Source of the DNA: a virus
Lineage: Duplodnaviria; Caudoviricetes
DNA: 31,863 nucleotides
Strand: one strand, 5' to 3'
Virus record (IMG/VR): IMGVR_UViG_3300037851_000135
Location: 1 to 31,863 of that record
Part shown: positions 1 to 9,900 of the stretch, one piece after another
Position numbering within the stretch: position 1 is the stretch's first letter
Layout: the number at the start of each line of letters is the position of its first letter
Translations under genes and position numbers: made by a program
The notes under the pieces: model-generated
Database searches by the model: none
What the model was told of the DNA's origin: nothing
The model's input: only the letters and a program-made list of their open reading frames with translations

Positions 1-229
1 CCGCCGTGACGCTTTGCCTCGTAATTCAGGGCGTCAAAGTCGGCAACGCATCCCGGCTCTATCGCAAAAAATTTCCCACTCGAAGTCTTCGTAACCGAAA
101 AATGATGATTGTGCTGCATGACGATATTCACGTCCTGCGCGTTCGCGACTCGCTTTCCCGCACCCTTGCCGCTCACGTTTGGATGTTCGATCTGCCACGT
201 CACGCCGCCCGATATAACGCGCATCCAGT
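1..229. repeat. Terminal direct repeat / circular overlap, copy 1
   Basis: 1-229 matches 31635-31863 except A102 vs G31736; unit genome 31,634 bp. Confidence 0.97.
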
Positions 230-908
230 AGTAAGATGTCAACTGATACTTTGGCTTTTGCGCGTCAAGCAATCGCGCCATGTCCGCCGTGCTAAAGGCG
301 ATGTTCAGCATCCGCGCAATTCGGTCTTCGTGATTGCCGATCATCCAGTACACGCGCTCGAAATTTGCGGACAACTGCCTGAATACTGCGCGCGCCTCAA
401 CCCATGAATCAGGCGGAGTAACACTCGCAGATTCAATTATCGCTTCAACCTTATGCCGCGCGTCACCCTTTAGCGTCCGCGCTATGTCAAGCAATAACTC
501 CTCTATGCGCGGAGACAGGCTGATACCATCGTCCTCATCTGCCATATAGGGCGCAAAGGTCGAGAGCGTTTCGTTGTCTATTGCATCCCCGCCGAGTACA
601 AGATTTGGGACACCGGCATTCACCGCCGCTTCAACGCACTTGTTGACCAAATCGGCTTTATGATACGGCGCGTGTAATTCAAGTATCAGGGCGTCACCCT
701 TACAGACTAGAGGCTTGTTGTACTTCTCCCGCGTGGTTTCATCAATGCGCGAGATGCCGCTTGTTTTTATCCGAACCGCATCATACGTCCTGCCGAGTTT
801 GTCCGCTGTTTTCTGAATCGCGTCGGCGCGGCTCATACCCTTTGCCGTAAAGCGTTTCATCAAGTCTTGCGCTTTTGCCTCGTCTGTTTTTGTCCATATT
901 TGCGGCAT
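1..908 (-). CDS. Calcineurin-like metallophosphoesterase with short N-terminal helical/HTH-like region; continues across the join to the stop at 31556 (328 aa)
   Basis: Hand translation from ATG 908 (SD GAAAGGTG upstream): MPQIWTKTDEAKAQ...LELHAPYH...LGGDAIDN...MIGNHEDR...IEHP...VMQHNHH...EPGC; open through base 1 and in frame with ORF 31556..31858. Confidence 0.85.
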   Translation of the reverse strand, partial: MPQIWTKTDEAKAQDLMKRFTAKGMSRADAIQKTADKLGRTYDAVRIKTSGISRIDETTREKYNKPLVCKGDALILELHAPYHKADLVNKCVEAAVNAGVPNLVLGGDAIDNETLSTFAPYMADEDDGISLSPRIEELLLDIARTLKGDARHKVEAIIESASVTPPDSWVEARAVFRQLSANFERVYWMIGNHEDRIARMLNIAFSTADMARLLDAQKPKYQLTSYYWMRVISGGVTWQIEHPNVSGKGAGKRVANAQDVNIVMQHNHHFSVTKTSSGKFFAIEPGCVADFDALNYEAKRHG

Positions 909-930
909 AATACACCTTTCTACACAAACA

Positions 931-957
931 CAAAAAGCCCCGCGTTTGCGGGGCTTT
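931..957 (-). terminator. Intrinsic terminator
   Basis: Minus strand AAAGCCCCGC-AAAC-GCGGGGCTTT followed by TTGTGTTT. Confidence 0.8.
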
Positions 958-984
958 CATTTTGGCTTCGTCCGCGCCATTTTA

Positions 985-1305
985 TCATGGGATCAACGCG
1001 CTCGGAAGACCAAGCGCAGAGAGTATCGGCTTGCGCCACCCAGCCACGAACCAGAGATTAGAGACCAGCACGGCGACGCTGCATATCACACTAAAAGCGT
1101 ATGGATGCCGTTGCGGGAATTTGACAATGCGCTCCATATCGTCAACCCGCCTCTCCTGCGCCTTCAATGCGCTTGTCGCCGATTCGATCATATCGTATTG
1201 CTGGAGCATCGCGGCAAGCATGAGCCTTTTATACGCGGTATCGTCAATAGATGCCGCGTCACGGTCTAGGATGTCTTTGATTTCCTTGATGATATTCCCA
1301 TTCAT
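985..1305 (-). CDS. Membrane protein, coiled coil plus C-terminal TM helix (lysis-module-like)
   Basis: Helical N-terminus then AFSVICSVAVLVSNLWFVAGW; position after the tail genes. Confidence 0.6.
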   Translation of the reverse strand: MNGNIIKEIKDILDRDAASIDDTAYKRLMLAAMLQQYDMIESATSALKAQERRVDDMERIVKFPQRHPYAFSVICSVAVLVSNLWFVAGWRKPILSALGLPSALIP

Positions 1306-1324
1306 GATCGCCGCGCCCCCTTTG

Positions 1325-1615
1325 TTATTCTGGCTCGTCGATGATCGTGTAATGCGCTTCGCCGAGCCGCCGCAGGGGATAGGTACTGCCTGCCGGGAAA
1401 TTGACGGCGATCTTGCCCATGCGTAAGTCTGCGTATAAGATGCGGTCGAAGTCGCGGGATAGCAAGCCCCAGCCAGTCCACTTGTTCAGCCCGACGATCT
1501 CGAATTTGTTCGGGGCGGTCTGTTTTAGCGCGCCCATTGTTACGCCGTCATTCCCGAATACACGGACAAGCCCCGCCGTCAAACGTCCTGCTAAAATTGT
1601 CTTTTTATATTCCAT
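1325..1615 (-). CDS. Hypothetical protein, possibly SH3b-like
   Basis: SD AGGAG before ATG 1615; VRV...GAL...FEIVG...GWGLL pattern loosely resembles SH3b domains. Confidence 0.5.
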   Translation of the reverse strand: MEYKKTILAGRLTAGLVRVFGNDGVTMGALKQTAPNKFEIVGLNKWTGWGLLSRDFDRILYADLRMGKIAVNFPAGSTYPLRRLGEAHYTIIDEPE

Positions 1616-1628
1616 GTCTGCTCCTAGT

Positions 1629-2615
1629 TTATGCAATGGCTTTCACGATGCCATGTGAAATAATACAACTCCCCGACCAGACAATAACAGTATCGCCTGA
1701 TACAAGAGCCTTAATTTCTGCGTAATGCTCGCCTTCGAAACCGCCGAGCAACGCGGTCGCGTCCTCTTCTATGTCAACCGCGACACTCCATGCCCCCGCC
1801 ACGCCGGTCACGGAGAGCGAGCCGTCTGCCGCTGTTGCGTATGCCCTGCCTGCGGCATAGAGCAGACCAGAGTTATCAATAAAGATAATGCTCTTTGCGT
1901 CCGCGTCCGTTTTGTGTTCCTTGACGGCGAACCAGATATTATCCGCGCTCACAAGATTGCTTGTCGTAGTGGATGTGACAGCCTGCGCGAATGTATTGAA
2001 GGTCGTGATGGACAAGTCGCCGCTCGCCACGTTTTGCGCGTCCGTTTGCGACACCGCGAGATAGGAATTAACCGTAACACTGCCGCTTCCAGCGTTGTTA
2101 ATCGCCTCGCCGATCGTACCCGGATCGTCGTAACTCGCCGCGCTTGCATCTAGCACAGCATCCGCGACACCGCCCAAAGTCTGATTGACAATCGTATCGC
2201 GCTCGACACTGGTGAGGGTTACGCCGTCGTTCGCAGAGTCGTATTTGGAAAAATTCAGGCTGACAATCTGAACATCGCCGTTAACGCTTGTGTCTCCCGC
2301 TTGCCCGTCGATCATAACGTCAATAACATCCCCGTTTGAGATGTAGAACTGCGTTGTAATAAATTCCAAAATAGTCTCGCCGCTTGCCGCCGTTGCCGTT
2401 GTCTTCGGCAAAATAACGGCTGGATTCGGCGATCCGTACCATTGCCGCTTTAGGTAAACGACATAATCGCCATTCCCCGCCGCGTTTGACAAACGCACGG
2501 ACACAAAGACCAGCGCGTCCGCCGTTGCCGTGTACTGATACACGCTTGCCGCGCTGGAGATGTTCTTGTTCACAAATGTAGTGTCAATTATGACAGCGGG
2601 ATTTGTTAGTGTCAT
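1629..2615 (-). CDS. Putative virion structural protein (beta-rich)
   Basis: ATGA overlap with the upstream stop, SD AAGGAG; rich in G/A/S/T/V/D; end of tail module. Confidence 0.65.
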   Translation of the reverse strand: MTLTNPAVIIDTTFVNKNISSAASVYQYTATADALVFVSVRLSNAAGNGDYVVYLKRQWYGSPNPAVILPKTTATAASGETILEFITTQFYISNGDVIDVMIDGQAGDTSVNGDVQIVSLNFSKYDSANDGVTLTSVERDTIVNQTLGGVADAVLDASAASYDDPGTIGEAINNAGSGSVTVNSYLAVSQTDAQNVASGDLSITTFNTFAQAVTSTTTSNLVSADNIWFAVKEHKTDADAKSIIFIDNSGLLYAAGRAYATAADGSLSVTGVAGAWSVAVDIEEDATALLGGFEGEHYAEIKALVSGDTVIVWSGSCIISHGIVKAIA

Positions 2616-2800
2616 TTCTTCAACTCCTTGCAAGTTTCCTTGACGCTATCGGAAACCTGCTCATACGTCGCGTCTTTGTCGGCAGTCTTCGCCGCCTTGT
2701 TTGCGTCACCTTGTGACATGCCGCGTGAGACCAGCCAGTCGCTAATCTCTTTTTTATCCTTGTCTTTCGCCTTGTCTTTAGGCTCTTTGTCAGTCTTCAT
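2612..2800 (-). CDS. Small charged hypothetical protein
   Basis: MKTDKEPKDK...; overlaps both neighbours in the operon. Confidence 0.6.
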   Translation of the reverse strand: MKTDKEPKDKAKDKDKKEISDWLVSRGMSQGDANKAAKTADKDATYEQVSDSVKETCKELKK

Positions 2801-3059
2801 CAGGCACAAACTCCGATTCAATAATCTCGCCGTGTATCGCGCTCAATACGCAATAATTGGGATCGGTTTCTATTAGCGCAAATGTTTCATCTTCGCACAA
2901 AGCCTCAATAACAAAGGCGTTCACGGTCGGTACAATATTTTCGCTCGGCTGGCTCGTGATGTCTGTCCAGCCTAGCGCGTAAACGTCCGCAATTTGCGGA
3001 TGATGCGGAATGTCGATCCCGTTGCCAGTCCAGCCGGTTAGAACCGTGAGTTTCATCAT
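2790..3059 (-). CDS. Small acidic protein, possible tail fibre chaperone
   Basis: Directly downstream of the RBP gene with ATGA overlap. Confidence 0.55.
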   Translation of the reverse strand: MMKLTVLTGWTGNGIDIPHHPQIADVYALGWTDITSQPSENIVPTVNAFVIEALCEDETFALIETDPNYCVLSAIHGEIIESEFVPDED

Positions 3060-5143
3060 ACGAATAACCTATCTAGTTGCGCCGATGCGGATGCCGATGC
3101 TACGTCCGCGTATGCGTACATCTTCGTTATGTTTGAAACATTGCTAGAGCGAGAAATACTAGCGCGTTCTGTTTCAACTCCAGCGTTGCGCTCGACGATC
3201 TTGATCGTTCCAGCAACGTGATCAAAGCGGAATATCCAGCAGTTGTTATCGTCCGTCCAGCGTACCGCAAGTTCACTGATGGTCGAAGACCTTGTTAGAA
3301 GTTTGATACCCGTCGCGGTTTTGTTGAAAGACGCAGAAGAGTATCCTACGCCAGTAGCGTAGTGAGACAACTCCAAGTTGTTCCCCTGCGCCCGATACGA
3401 GACTCGAACTGTCCCCAGAAATCCGCCGGAATGATCGGCTGTGGACGTACCAGACGATCCCGCCGATGGACTTTCAATATAAAACGAAGCGTCGCCAAGC
3501 GATGTATTCAGCGGAGCATCTAAAACAGCAGAGCGCACAAAATCTATCGCGCCGCCGTTTCCACCTGCGAGGTCGAAGCGGACATAGTTTAACGCAGTAT
3601 CGTCGCCATAAGCCGAGAACATCTTCCAAACTCCCGATATTTTCACATACCAGAACGTCATCTTTTGTGCAGTATCGCACACGACAACAAGATCGTAGTT
3701 TGTGTTTGTCACCACTGGAACGTAACCGAAAAACCCCACCGAGCCAGTGTATTCAGCGTAAAACGAAGGTGATGATCCGGAGTTGTAACTTGCTCTGGAA
3801 TATTTATTTGCTGCCGAATTAGTCAGCCAGATTCTATACCCAGCGGAAGTGAGAGAGCCTGTCCACTTCAAGCGAAAGGCGGTCGCAAAGATCGAAGAGG
3901 AAATTGAGGAAGAGTGTAAAATAATACCCTGACCCGCTGGGATAACAAGCGCACCGGACGAGATGGACAATCCCAGCCACGTCTGTTGGTGTATGTCAAA
4001 AGTACCGGTTGGCTCACACGTCCTAGTTATCGCTATATCTGTCACCGAAAAGTCGTTCAGCGAACTCACGCCGTCAATGCTGAAAATTCCGTGCCGCGTG
4101 TTATTGATAATTCCAGCGTCGCTAACAGTTTGATCCGTTCCTATTTTCGCGCCGTAATAATACACGCGCACGGTTTCCCCGTCTTTTTCAATAGACAAGT
4201 CCCTGTTCGATCCATAACTAATTGTAGCGGCAGATATAAGCGTCGTGTAAACTCCGCCGACGCATTTTTCTAGCCACAATCTATTCCCTGTGCCATTGAT
4301 GTATGCTATCAAGAAGTTTTGCGGGTTACTCGTGCTGTCAAGGCACGCGACAATTCCGACGGGCGTTCTCGCGGTTGACGAGTTCAGAACCCTTGCGTTA
4401 ACGCGCACGCGGTTTGATATACCAGAGTCTATTGACGCGATTGCGGAAGATAACGTAACCTCTTTTACTGTCAGCGAATCAAACTTTACGCCGTTTGTGT
4501 TCGCAACTGCGTCTGAAACAGCGAACAATGAAAGCGAGTTACCCGAAAAATCCTCTGTGCTTCGTCCACCTATAAAAGTTTCAGTCCATCCCGCGCCAGC
4601 CGCCGCCGCTGTTCCACTGCCAAGAACTTTTTCAGGATACGCAAATGACGCAAGACCGCCGCTTCCAGCCTGTGTTTTAGCCCAAACATCCGCGAGATAC
4701 CACGCGCCATTTGTTTGTGCAAACGTACTGGAGCTGACAAGACCAGTATTGCCAGCCGGATTGGTGATTTGTTGCGCCGCAATTCCTGTATGGGCATCCG
4801 CGCTTTCGCTTGCGGTGCCACGCACATAAGACCATGACGGCGCAACGCCGGAGATATATGTCCCTTCTGCGTCGCCATTTGTCAGCAGGTCAGAGCCAAG
4901 TGTCGGAGAGTTACGCGCATAATTGCTTTGAATTTTCCAGCCTGCTCCAGCCGTCCATGTTTTGCTCCCCGTTTCCGTTGCCTTGCCGTTAATGGGGGCG
5001 CCATTTGTGCCGTCAAACGCGTCCGTGATATACACCGATGATGTCGTAAACTCATCACGAAGCAGGTACACTAATTCAGCCGCGCCGATTGCGCCAAAAA
5101 AAGGCGGTTGAAATACACGCGAGAAGGCAGGGCTAAACGTCAT
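3056..5143 (-). CDS. Receptor-binding / tail fibre protein with carbohydrate-binding and lectin-like beta-sandwich domains
   Basis: 695 aa, S/G/T/A-rich; LLTNGDAEG...W...AHTG...FDSLTVKEV resembles a CBM4/9-like module; located in tail module. Confidence 0.7.
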   Translation of the reverse strand: MTFSPAFSRVFQPPFFGAIGAAELVYLLRDEFTTSSVYITDAFDGTNGAPINGKATETGSKTWTAGAGWKIQSNYARNSPTLGSDLLTNGDAEGTYISGVAPSWSYVRGTASESADAHTGIAAQQITNPAGNTGLVSSSTFAQTNGAWYLADVWAKTQAGSGGLASFAYPEKVLGSGTAAAAGAGWTETFIGGRSTEDFSGNSLSLFAVSDAVANTNGVKFDSLTVKEVTLSSAIASIDSGISNRVRVNARVLNSSTARTPVGIVACLDSTSNPQNFLIAYINGTGNRLWLEKCVGGVYTTLISAATISYGSNRDLSIEKDGETVRVYYYGAKIGTDQTVSDAGIINNTRHGIFSIDGVSSLNDFSVTDIAITRTCEPTGTFDIHQQTWLGLSISSGALVIPAGQGIILHSSSISSSIFATAFRLKWTGSLTSAGYRIWLTNSAANKYSRASYNSGSSPSFYAEYTGSVGFFGYVPVVTNTNYDLVVVCDTAQKMTFWYVKISGVWKMFSAYGDDTALNYVRFDLAGGNGGAIDFVRSAVLDAPLNTSLGDASFYIESPSAGSSGTSTADHSGGFLGTVRVSYRAQGNNLELSHYATGVGYSSASFNKTATGIKLLTRSSTISELAVRWTDDNNCWIFRFDHVAGTIKIVERNAGVETERASISRSSNVSNITKMYAYADVASASASAQLDRLFV

Positions 5144-5217
5144 CTGTCCTCGAATATATTAGGCGCGAGACATACCGCGCAGGCTAGCAGGATGATAGAG
5201 GCTATAATCACAATCAT
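5140..5217 (-). CDS. 25-aa hydrophobic peptide MIVIIASIILLACAVCLAPNIFEDR (below the ORF-track cutoff)
   Basis: Fills the gap exactly: TAATG overlap upstream and ATGA overlap downstream. Confidence 0.6.
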   Translation of the reverse strand: MIVIIASIILLACAVCLAPNIFEDR

Positions 5218-5972
5218 TAGTTGTCCACCAGAACAAGATCGAAGCCGCCGCTGATGTCCATGTTGTTAGCGGATGCCGCTGCGGAAAGCCGAATCAGTGA
5301 TTTTTCCGTTATCTTCAAGTTTGGATTAAATTCGTAACAAATAAAACTTGATCCACTGGTTGAAAGTCCCAGAATGTGCTTTAATTGCCACGCCTCTCCG
5401 AAAGGATACACCCACAATCTAACATCCGCCGCGCCCCCTGTTGTCGCGTTGATGCTTGCGTAATATTTTCGCATATATGCAGTTTTTCCCGCTGGCACTT
5501 GGTAGATCGCCATGAGCGTCTGATTTTCCCCGACAGCGATAGACGCTGTAACCGTCCCGTCGGTCTGCGCCGTCGCCGTGATTGTTCCTACGTTGTAATT
5601 GCCGCTTCCAGCAGGCTTAACGATCATGCGATGGATGATTATATAACTATTCACGGTCGGTACATTCGTTGTCCCGTTCAGCGTGATTGTCTCGGTCGTA
5701 AGCGCATAACTTCCATTCAGCCCCTGTACTTCAATCTGCTGCGCTCCCGTCCCTGCGCTTGTGTCGCTGGCAGAGGTTGAAGCGATATTGTGGATTCGCG
5801 CCGTAGTAGGAGCAACCCATGTACCGCCATACGACCAAACATCCTCTGCCGCCGCCGTGTCAACGTCTGGGTTGCGCCCGAATTTGTTGACGGTTGATAC
5901 ACCCGGAAATAATCCTCGCGGATAGTCCAACTCAAAATCATGATCTTTGATGTATGTCATATCACCAGCCAT
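5217..5972 (-). CDS. Putative tail/virion structural protein
   Basis: 251 aa, beta-rich and T/G/A-rich, in tail module. Confidence 0.65.
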   Translation of the reverse strand: MAGDMTYIKDHDFELDYPRGLFPGVSTVNKFGRNPDVDTAAAEDVWSYGGTWVAPTTARIHNIASTSASDTSAGTGAQQIEVQGLNGSYALTTETITLNGTTNVPTVNSYIIIHRMIVKPAGSGNYNVGTITATAQTDGTVTASIAVGENQTLMAIYQVPAGKTAYMRKYYASINATTGGAADVRLWVYPFGEAWQLKHILGLSTSGSSFICYEFNPNLKITEKSLIRLSAAASANNMDISGGFDLVLVDN

Positions 5973-6958
5973 TCTCCGCTTGCCGCGTCAACGAGCGTTA
6001 TCGAGTCGCCGTTGTATAGTGTTTGCGTCAATTCGTTATTTATTGTATCACCACCATCGCCGTCTACCGTCACGACAACGCCTGCGCCGTCACAAATAAT
6101 CGTCTTTGTCGCCCCGCCGCCTGTTGACTGCGGCAAAGTAGCGGTAGCAGTTGCCGTAAATAATACGATGTCATCTGATGAAAGCAAGGTGTAATTAGCG
6201 GTCTTTGTTACAACCTTGCGCGATGATATACCGCCGCTTGATACCGATCCGCTAAAACGCAAGTCCGCGAGGTCGGATAAATTGCGGTTATGCACGATCG
6301 CGCTTTGCCCGTCGTATAACTTGACGGCGAAAAACGGAAACGTCCCCGCATCCGGCAGTGGGATATTCGAGTATGTGAGCAGTTCTTTTGTCGCAACGGT
6401 AGAGCCGTTCTTAAATATAATGTCGCCGTCATCGTCAACGGATAACAAAACCCATCTCGCGCCCGTTGTCGGGTGATACGAAGTGAGATCGAAGTCGCCG
6501 CCGTCTGCGTAAACAAAACCAGACGAGGTTAGCACCGCGTGAGGATATACCGAAACCGTGAACCCGCCGGATGCCGTCACGTTTAGCGGCATGAATTGTT
6601 GCGCCATGACATAAAGAATATCATTACCGCTTTTGTTTCCCCACTGATGCGTATTCGCATGAGGCAAAACGCCGGAATAGACAGGATCAATGTAAACATC
6701 CCGCGCCGCGATAACATGTAAGCGCGTCGGCATAAATTCCGAGAATCCGTACCACACGGGCAGGTTGTAAGCATTTGGCACGGCGTCATTGTATGCCTCA
6801 ACCAAGCCGCCCTCACTAGAGCGGATGTAGACATAATGATCGCGATTCGGCACTTCTACCGTGCCGTCTGACAACCCAAGATAGCCCGTAAAACGCCGCG
6901 CCTGCGAACGTTTCAAACTCTTGATCGTTGCGCGTATCTTGTGAATGTTCCTATCCAT
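5957..6958 (-). CDS. Tail fibre/baseplate-associated protein
   Basis: C-terminal VTKTANYTL...ATLP...TVDGDGGDTIN...W pattern typical of phage tail fibre ends. Confidence 0.65.
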   Translation of the reverse strand: MDRNIHKIRATIKSLKRSQARRFTGYLGLSDGTVEVPNRDHYVYIRSSEGGLVEAYNDAVPNAYNLPVWYGFSEFMPTRLHVIAARDVYIDPVYSGVLPHANTHQWGNKSGNDILYVMAQQFMPLNVTASGGFTVSVYPHAVLTSSGFVYADGGDFDLTSYHPTTGARWVLLSVDDDGDIIFKNGSTVATKELLTYSNIPLPDAGTFPFFAVKLYDGQSAIVHNRNLSDLADLRFSGSVSSGGISSRKVVTKTANYTLLSSDDIVLFTATATATLPQSTGGGATKTIICDGAGVVVTVDGDGGDTINNELTQTLYNGDSITLVDAASGEWLVI

Positions 6959-9900
6959 AAATCGCGATCCTTCTCACGCTGTTTGTCGTGATGTAATCCT
7001 TCAGATCGTTTGTTTTGTCGTACCACGTCACGCCGAAGTCTGGAGTAAAGACAACCGCGCCGCGTGTGCTTTTTGTGCCGCCGAGAATAAACTTTAGCCC
7101 GTCCGCATCGCCGCAACTTAATGAGGACGAATGATTTGTTAGCGCGGTCATGGTATCCGTTCCCCATGTAAAGCCGCCGTCCGTTGTTTTGCGCTTGTCG
7201 CTAATCCATCCTGTCAGAGCGGCAGATAACGCGCCCTGTGATAACGATTCAACGTTGCTCGCCAACTCGATCCGCGAGAATGAGCCGCCGTTGTCCGTTG
7301 TCACCCAGATCGGCTCTCCGCGCACAACGAACCAATGACTTGACGTACCGACTCGCGTGAATGTTTGCCGGATCGAACCAGCGGGGTCTTGCTCAATGTC
7401 CTGCGCGTTTATGGTTATACCGCCGTCGTATTGGTAGAGTTCCTCTTCGTTTCCACCAAAAAACAAGATGCCGTTGCTGTATGATGCTGATGCCGCCGCA
7501 AGCGCGATAGTTACGACTTTATAGGTTAACTCCGAGTAGTCCGCGCCGCTTCCCGAATACACATAGAGCCTTTTTTCAAGCCCTACTGTTTTATTCAGAA
7601 TCAAGTAGACAGTCTCGCCGTTGAAACCGACGCCGATGAGGTCATCCATTGCTAACGTGTCGGCTGTTGCAACGAGCGTTAACCCGCCGCCCCAGACGCC
7701 GTAATATAAACCGGGTTCGCCGTCTATCGTCCCATAGACATAAACGTACCCGCTCGGCGTGACGTGCAAGTCTAAAACGTCGATCGGCGTTGCAAAACCA
7801 TAATTCATTGATCGCCACATCGGGAGTGCTTCGTCGAAGTTTTCAGTAAACCACACGCCATAATCACAGCCGATGATCACATAAGGCGGCGCGCCATCCA
7901 GCGAGGGCGGCGGCGGTGGCGGGGGCGGTGGTGGCGGCGGTGGCGGTGTGACGATCGGCGGGAGATCGTCGTCTACATCAAGCGGGTCGCCATCGCTGGA
8001 CAAGCCCTCGAATACTTCCGGCTCTGCTGTGATCTCCGTTGTAAAATGCCCTTCATTCCAAACATGCGAAACAGAGCGGACGATGATATTGCCGTCATAA
8101 TCTATGCCGCGCGCGTTATCCGCCGCGTCTATGTCGATCGCGTGGTATTGTCGCGGCGCGATGTCTGTTACATATTGATTATGTCCGAGCGTGAATGAAA
8201 AATCGTTTTCCTTGTTTCGTAGAGACAGAATCAAACTGGCAAGCGTATTTGCCTGCGCTTGGCTTGTCAGCAACAAACGATCTGCCGTCTCCGGCAGTCC
8301 GAGACGCTTGAAGACATGACCGGGGGATAGGCTGAAAACAGCGTCGGCATCTAACCGACTGCGAACGACAACCCCGGATAAGTCAATGCGTGAGACGGGC
8401 GGCGTGACGTACCGCTCGATCTGCATGTCGCCCAGCCAGTCATCCCGCGTTATGTCAAACACGGTCGGGATAGCCGAGCGATCTGCTTCCGGCAATAGTT
8501 GGGTGTCAACTGCTGTATGCAACCGTCCGTACCGATCGCAAGCCGGATGCGCGAGGATGGTGTTTTCCAGCACTTCGGTCAACTGATCCCATATTGACGC
8601 GGGTTGCGCTTCTAATGCGCTCGCATAACGTGTATCTCCGGTTCTGTAAACGTCCATGCAGGACGTCATCGTCGATCGCCATTCGGCGATATGCCAGAGT
8701 GCCTTATCAGCCGTCAAGCCTTTCATCTCGACCCAGTTAACCGGATCGTTCTGCGTTATCTCCAGACCGAACGGAAACTCCATAACCTTTGAGAGCCAGT
8801 AATGCGCACCGCGCACAGTGAAAGTTACCGCGCCTGTATTGTAGTTTTGAATAATACTATCGCCGTCAATCCACCCGACCGCGACAATGTTTTTAGACGC
8901 CGACAATGCGCCGATTGATCCTTCCACGCCTTGATAAAAGTCACGGCTGAATAAAATGCAGAGCGCGCGATCGCGGACTGTTGACACATCCGCCTCGGCG
9001 TACATCTCTACGGTAAACTCCCACCCACCGCGCTCAAAATCGCCGTTGCAGTCCTGTAAGTTAAATTGCGTTGCAGGCGGGTTACTTTCGGAGTAAACGA
9101 AGATATACCGATACCCCGTCTTTGTTACGCTGCCATCGTCCGATCTTACGCGGCAGTTTACGCGGTGAACGCCGTCACCGGATAACGTAATCGTCGGCGC
9201 GGTTGCGGATGTGCTGGAGAATGACACGCCGGACGTCCCAGACCATAGCCGCTGATCGATCGTAGAGCCTATCACCCACGAGTCGGACGAGTCCATGACA
9301 ACGCGGATCAGGTGTGTCAGCGATACGCTGTCAACTGTGACAGTCGCGGCGGTACTACCCGTTGCGTAAATCTCGATCGTCGTGCTTTGCGCGGTTGCCG
9401 TGTATGTGACCGTCTTTATGCCCGTCCCGTTTGCCGTTGCAAACTGCTCCACGCCGCCGACCTTGACACTATAGCCGTGCGTGTATGCCTGCACGTTGAT
9501 CGAGAATGTATAAGCCTCGCCGATAACCGTTCGCATTGTTTGGTATGCGTATCCGCTGGACGTTGCGCCGTTATTGTCTATGAGCAAATTGCCGGTTGGG
9601 TTCGTGAGCGCGATGCCTGCAACCCCAGCCGTCCAGCCTGTCAGCCCTGTGAACGCGCCATTGGTTACGACGTTGCCATAATTCCATAAAACGACATGTG
9701 ATCCGAATACAGGCACTGGCGCGGGATCGTCATGCTGGTCGCTATACGCGACATCGTAATCCATCTTGAAGGTAGACGGCGCGGTGATGTTCAGGTGTTT
9801 CGCCCATAATCCGATCTCGTCCACCACTGTCAAATAAAGATTATCGGATAGGGCGAGTTCGCTTTCCTCTGCAATATATAAAATGCTGGACGTTGCCGCC

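Noticed and set aside
2612-2800. GMSQGDANKAAKTADK resembles GMSRADAIQKTADK at the phosphoesterase N-terminus
   Set aside because: Short, gapped, low-complexity helical match with weak DNA similarity; likely chance
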